The notes beneath the pieces are model-generated. The model saw nothing but the letters and a program-made list of their open reading frames with translations, was not told the DNA's origin and did not search any database. The position numbers and the translations under genes are program-made. A stretch of 64,000 nucleotides of DNA from positions 44,826,001-44,890,000 of the forward strand of contig NC_059426.1 of the NCBI RefSeq assembly GCF_021028975.2, given 5' to 3'. Shown one piece after another: positions 61,772 to 64,000 of the stretch. Source of the DNA: Sphaerodactylus townsendi. Taxonomy: Eukaryota. Each line of letters opens with the position of its first letter. Positions within the stretch are counted from its first letter, which is position 1.

Positions 61772-61989
61772 GGTGGGGGGAGTCCAACACTTTTTCCTGC
61801 TCCCTGTACCACCCAAAAGCCCTTTTGGAGGCAGTGGGGTAGGGCTACACTGACACTGCAGTCCGCCACCGCCGGGTTTGGATGGGGCTGTAAGTTGGTG
61901 GAAGCCCTTCTAAGTCCACTGAAATCACTGGGCTTAGAAGGGTGCAATTCTGTTTTGGACTGTACAGTTCATCCATGATATTTGCTTAG

Positions 61990-62804
61990 GACCTGCCAGC
62001 TCATGTTGGATGCATTAAAGCCTTTGAATCATGTTTGTTGAATTTGCAAGATAAGCAAAACAGTGTTTTATGGGTGTGTAAGTGCAATTGCATGGCCATA
62101 GATGTTTGAGGTTAGCACTGATCAACATTTACCAAAGTGTTTGTACATTTGCAGTCTTAATAATAGAGATGCATGAACAGTCAGATGTACACTGTTGCTG
62201 TATTCCTATTAAAAGCATAAAATCAATAAAAAATAAATTTCAGATACAAATTGAATGTGATTAAAATGTATATCTATTCCTGAAAAAGTTTTTTTAACTA
62301 CTGTACAAAAACATTAGCCATCATGCTGGGTTTGTCCACTGCTTAGACCTAATTGTGAATGACACAGGCCTATCCACAACTTCCTTTTCTAGTTCTGTGA
62401 GGATGGGAAGTGCCTTGCCAATTCATTTAGGTGTCAACAAGAAAAAAATCCTTTCCTCATACAGAAATATACATCAGAATAAAATGTAGGCTGACAATGT
62501 CAGAGGCTTAGAAATACTGACATGCACGGAAGCACTAAATCTCCTATTAGATGTCACTATGTTTACCAGCAAAACATAGTTCAAGTATCGTTTATATATA
62601 TACGAATGAATAAATTTTGCATCTGAACTCCGAAGTCCTGCACTTTTCCCTGCCCTTGATACTCCTGTCACCCCCGAGCACCTCGGCTTTCCTGCTTGTC
62701 ACTGACAGTATCTGCTTGACGAGCAGGCTAGGGCTAGTCCCAGCCATCTCCCCTTTCAGCCTGACAGCTGCATGTCCCAGGTGGTCTGACATTTGAGATC
62801 CAGG
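61990..62804 (-). other. Probable terminal exon / 3' UTR of an unidentified minus-strand gene
   Basis: Acceptor CCTTCAATCTTATCCACAG|CCTGG, a GC-balanced start, then repeat-free U-rich sequence with UUUUUGUACAG and AAUGUACA; distal end not determined. Confidence 0.45.
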
Positions 62805-63142
62805 CTGTGGATAAGATTGAAGGTGTTTTAGGGGAGAAGAAGGCTGTGAATAACACCAAGCCCTCATCCAGATGGAATCATTCACAAGACAACCTGAGAT
62901 ACTCTATTACCATCCATATGTCTTCCAGGTCTCTAAAGGCCATGCTCTATTGATTTATTAGAAATTCTGCTTTTTTTTATCAGCTTCAGTCTTTTCCTAT
63001 ACAGACTTATGCAGTTCGGTTACTCAGGCAATGTTCCTTTCAAAGAATACTCGGTTGTACCATTTCACTACTTATAAATCAGCTTACTTTCAAAATAACT
63101 ACAAGGCATTGTTCCTGACAAAGTAAATATTTAGAGACTTAC

Positions 63143-63199
63143 CCGAATCAATAGATATTTGTGTCACCCTTGACTGGTCCTTTTATTGAATCCAGGTTC
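63143..63199 (-). other. Probable 57-nt stop-containing penultimate or alternative exon
   Basis: Branch point GCTAAT, acceptor TTTTATTACATAG|GAA, consensus donor CGG|GTAAGT; stops in all frames, longest frame NLDSIKGPVKGDTNIY*. Confidence 0.5.
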
Positions 63200-63933
63200 C
63201 TATGTAATAAAATATTAGCTTTTTTGACTCAGGAACTTCATGTTAAATAAATGACTGAACACCTGGATCAGATTGTGCAAAAAATATTTTTTTCTGCTTT
63301 TGCGATCATTTTTCTATTTATATATATCTTTATTTTTCTCCATTAAGTAGATAGAAGCATTAGATTATTGGGGTTTTTTTGGTTCTTAAAACAGTTGTTA
63401 TTTGTGGGCCTTATTTATAGTCAGTGCTTTCAGGCACAATAGTAATGTAGCAAAATATCTCTNNNNNNNNNNNNNNNNNNNNNNNNNNNNNNNNNNNNNN
63501 NNNNNNNNNNNNNNNNNNNNNNNNNNNNNNNNNNNNNNNNNNNNNNNNNNNNNNNNNNNNNNNNNNNNNNNNNNNNNNNNNNNNNNNNNNNNNNNNNNNN
63601 NNNNNNNNNNNNNNNNNNNNNNNNNNAGGAGACAGGTTTTATTTTATCGGTGAAGGGAATAGGTGTTTCCTACAAGTCTCTTATTGTAAATATAGTTAAT
63701 TGTAGTTCATTAATTTATTCCTGGGGTTATTGCTTCACTTATTCTGAATTAAGTGCTATCTGGAACTGACTTTTCATATTATGTGCTGCTATTTTTTTTT
63801 AATATGTCTGAATTTCTTTAGAATGTTTATGTTGACTATTTTGTTTTCTGCTATAGAAAATGTACCTTTTTATCATGGATATCTATTTGGTAAGAACAAA
63901 TGGTTGCTTCCTACATATTGAAAAGAGAAAGAG

Positions 63934-64000
63934 AGGAAGGAAGGAAGGAAGGAAGGAAGGAAGGAAGGAAGGAAGGAAGGAAGGAAGGAAGGAAGGAAGG
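63934..64000. repeat. (GGAA)n microsatellite
   Basis: Pure GGAA run to the end of the window. Confidence 0.97.

Overview
Vertebrate genomic DNA, almost certainly a squamate and probably a gecko (inferred from the SINE and MITE families, including tRNA SINEs with a (CTT)n tail). The window is mostly intronic or intergenic and repeat-rich, with 11 short N-gaps. I recognise no named protein-coding exon, and nearly all ORFs in the track are spurious (microsatellites, GC-rich MITEs, N-runs) or decayed retroelement fragments. The host-gene landmarks are: (1) a repeat-free CpG-island promoter at ~12.35-13.2 kb with splice donors pointing both ways; (2) candidate downstream plus-strand exons at 22.3, 43.6 and 49.35 kb; (3) the probable 3' end of an unidentified minus-strand gene at ~62.0-63.2 kb. 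The mobile elements include hAT MITEs with 8-bp TSDs (one SPIN-type), PIF/Harbinger-like MITEs with 3-bp TSDs, a Tc2-like element, and CR1, L2, L1, RTE, Penelope and SINE fragments. Two structures stand out. The first is a 2,486-bp non-coding hAT-type element (50605-53090) built as palindromes nested within palindromes from 12 alternately oriented units. The second is a three-level nest L1 > Harbinger MITE > Penelope, where the Penelope insert is internally inverted and carries an intact minimal hammerhead ribozyme core. Family names are from memory and were not checked against a database.
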